Part shown: one piece after another, positions 62,950 to 64,000 of the stretch
How positions within the stretch are numbered: the stretch's first letter is position 1
How the letters are laid out: every line of letters starts with the position of its first letter
NCBI RefSeq assembly: GCF_009914755.1
Contig: NC_060932.1
Reading direction: 5' to 3' (one strand)
DNA length: 64,000 bases
Source: the human T2T-CHM13v2.0 reference genome, Homo sapiens
The notes under the pieces: generated by a model
What the model was told of the DNA's origin: nothing
The model's input: only the letters and a program-made list of their open reading frames with translations
Databases searched by the model: none
Translations under genes and position numbers: made by a program

Positions 62950-63610
62950 AATACAAACAATACTTTTTTTTAAAGAGCTTAATATAAAAGAGTGACCATT
63001 CACCAAGCACCTGCTATATGGCTGATACTGTGATAGAACAGATCAGATCACATCACTCTTCCATCCTAATGTCCACACTAGCCTCCAATCTCATTCATAA
63101 TCAACCTGTTATCACAGTGGCCTACCAGGCCTTGTGCCTCGTGGCCCTTGGTCACCCTCTAACTGCATCTCTTCCTACTCCTCCCTTTGCTCACTCTTCT
63201 CCAGCTACCCGGCCTCTCTGCCACTCCAGAGTATACATGGACACTCTGCCTTGAGGGTTTTCTATTGCAATTTCCTCTGCTCTGGAATTTTCCCACAGAT
63301 ATTCACTTGGCTCACACTCTCAGCTCCAAAGCTTTGCTTAAATGTCTCCTTCTTATGAGGCTTTCCCTCATCCTTCAAATTAAAACTGAAACCACCCCTG
63401 ACCTCAGGACCTTGTCCCTTTCTTACTTTTTCTCCATAGCACTCCCCACCACCTAACTCACTATGCATTTCATTCATTCATTTATTAGCTGCCTTCCCCC
63501 TAGAACATTGGCTCCCTGAGGACAGAAATTTGTTTTCATTTTTGTATCCCAGCCCCTTGAAAAATGTCTGTCATATACTAGGTTCTGAATAGATATACAG
63601 AAAATGAAGA
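62950..63610 (+). mobile_element. L2 3' region
   Basis: CCTACCAGGCC..TTGCTCACTC..CCTCTGCTCTGGAAT..GCTTAAATGTCTCCTTCTTATGAGGCTTTCCCT..TGGCTCCCTGAGGACAGA..TGTATCCCAGC. Confidence 0.65.
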
Positions 63611-64000
63611 AATTGGTGATTTATGGACAATACTGTTCATTTTCATAGCCATTTCTGGAGGCAGGCATTCAAAATTCCATTTACAGAAAAGCAAACTGAA
63701 CCTCAAATTAAGAGTGTGAAAATTTCACTCAGCAAGAAACAGTAAACTAGATTGCAAATCCACAGACATCAGGCTTCAAGGCCAATCTTCTTTCCACTAC
63801 AACTGCCTTACAACCACCCTAATGAAACATGTTTTCCAAAGGTGTGGAGGGACTGGGATCATTCTAGTGCCTATTGTACCTTTCAAAATCCTGCTAGCCA
63901 TATTGATAACCATATGCCAGGTTTAAGAAGCTTAAATCAATAAGATGATAAACATCTATTCCATTTGTAGGGCATTCAGGCATCTTGCCAGAGCCCGGTG

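Overview
This is primate genomic DNA, catarrhine and probably human or great ape, based on Alu, L1PA, THE1/MST and LTR7/HERV-H content. It is AT-rich, CpG-poor and intergenic or deep-intronic. I find no host protein-coding exon, RNA gene or CRISPR array. Nearly all listed ORFs are chance frames or decayed retroelement sequence. The dominant feature is a ~4.95-kb HERV-H provirus (15067-20019, + strand, near-perfect 5-bp TSD). Its 5' LTR has lost the TATA/R/U5 region, the primer-binding site and the leader, so U3 joins directly to the gag start; the 3' LTR is intact. The rest is a mosaic of Alu, L1 (PA/PB/MA/MB/ME), L2, CR1/L3, MIR, MaLR LTRs and DNA-transposon fossils. I do not see a convincing novel biological system. 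What stands out is a set of non-canonical insertion and repair scars: a 146-bp locally templated insertion inside an MLT1 LTR, a tailless L1 fragment with serial template-switch junctions, a poly(T)-headed twin-primed L1, two probable L1 3' transductions (one with apparent target-site deletion), and a possible gene-conversion tract between two L1PA7-like copies. Subfamily names come from my recall of consensus sequences, not a database search, and boundaries of old repeats are approximate.
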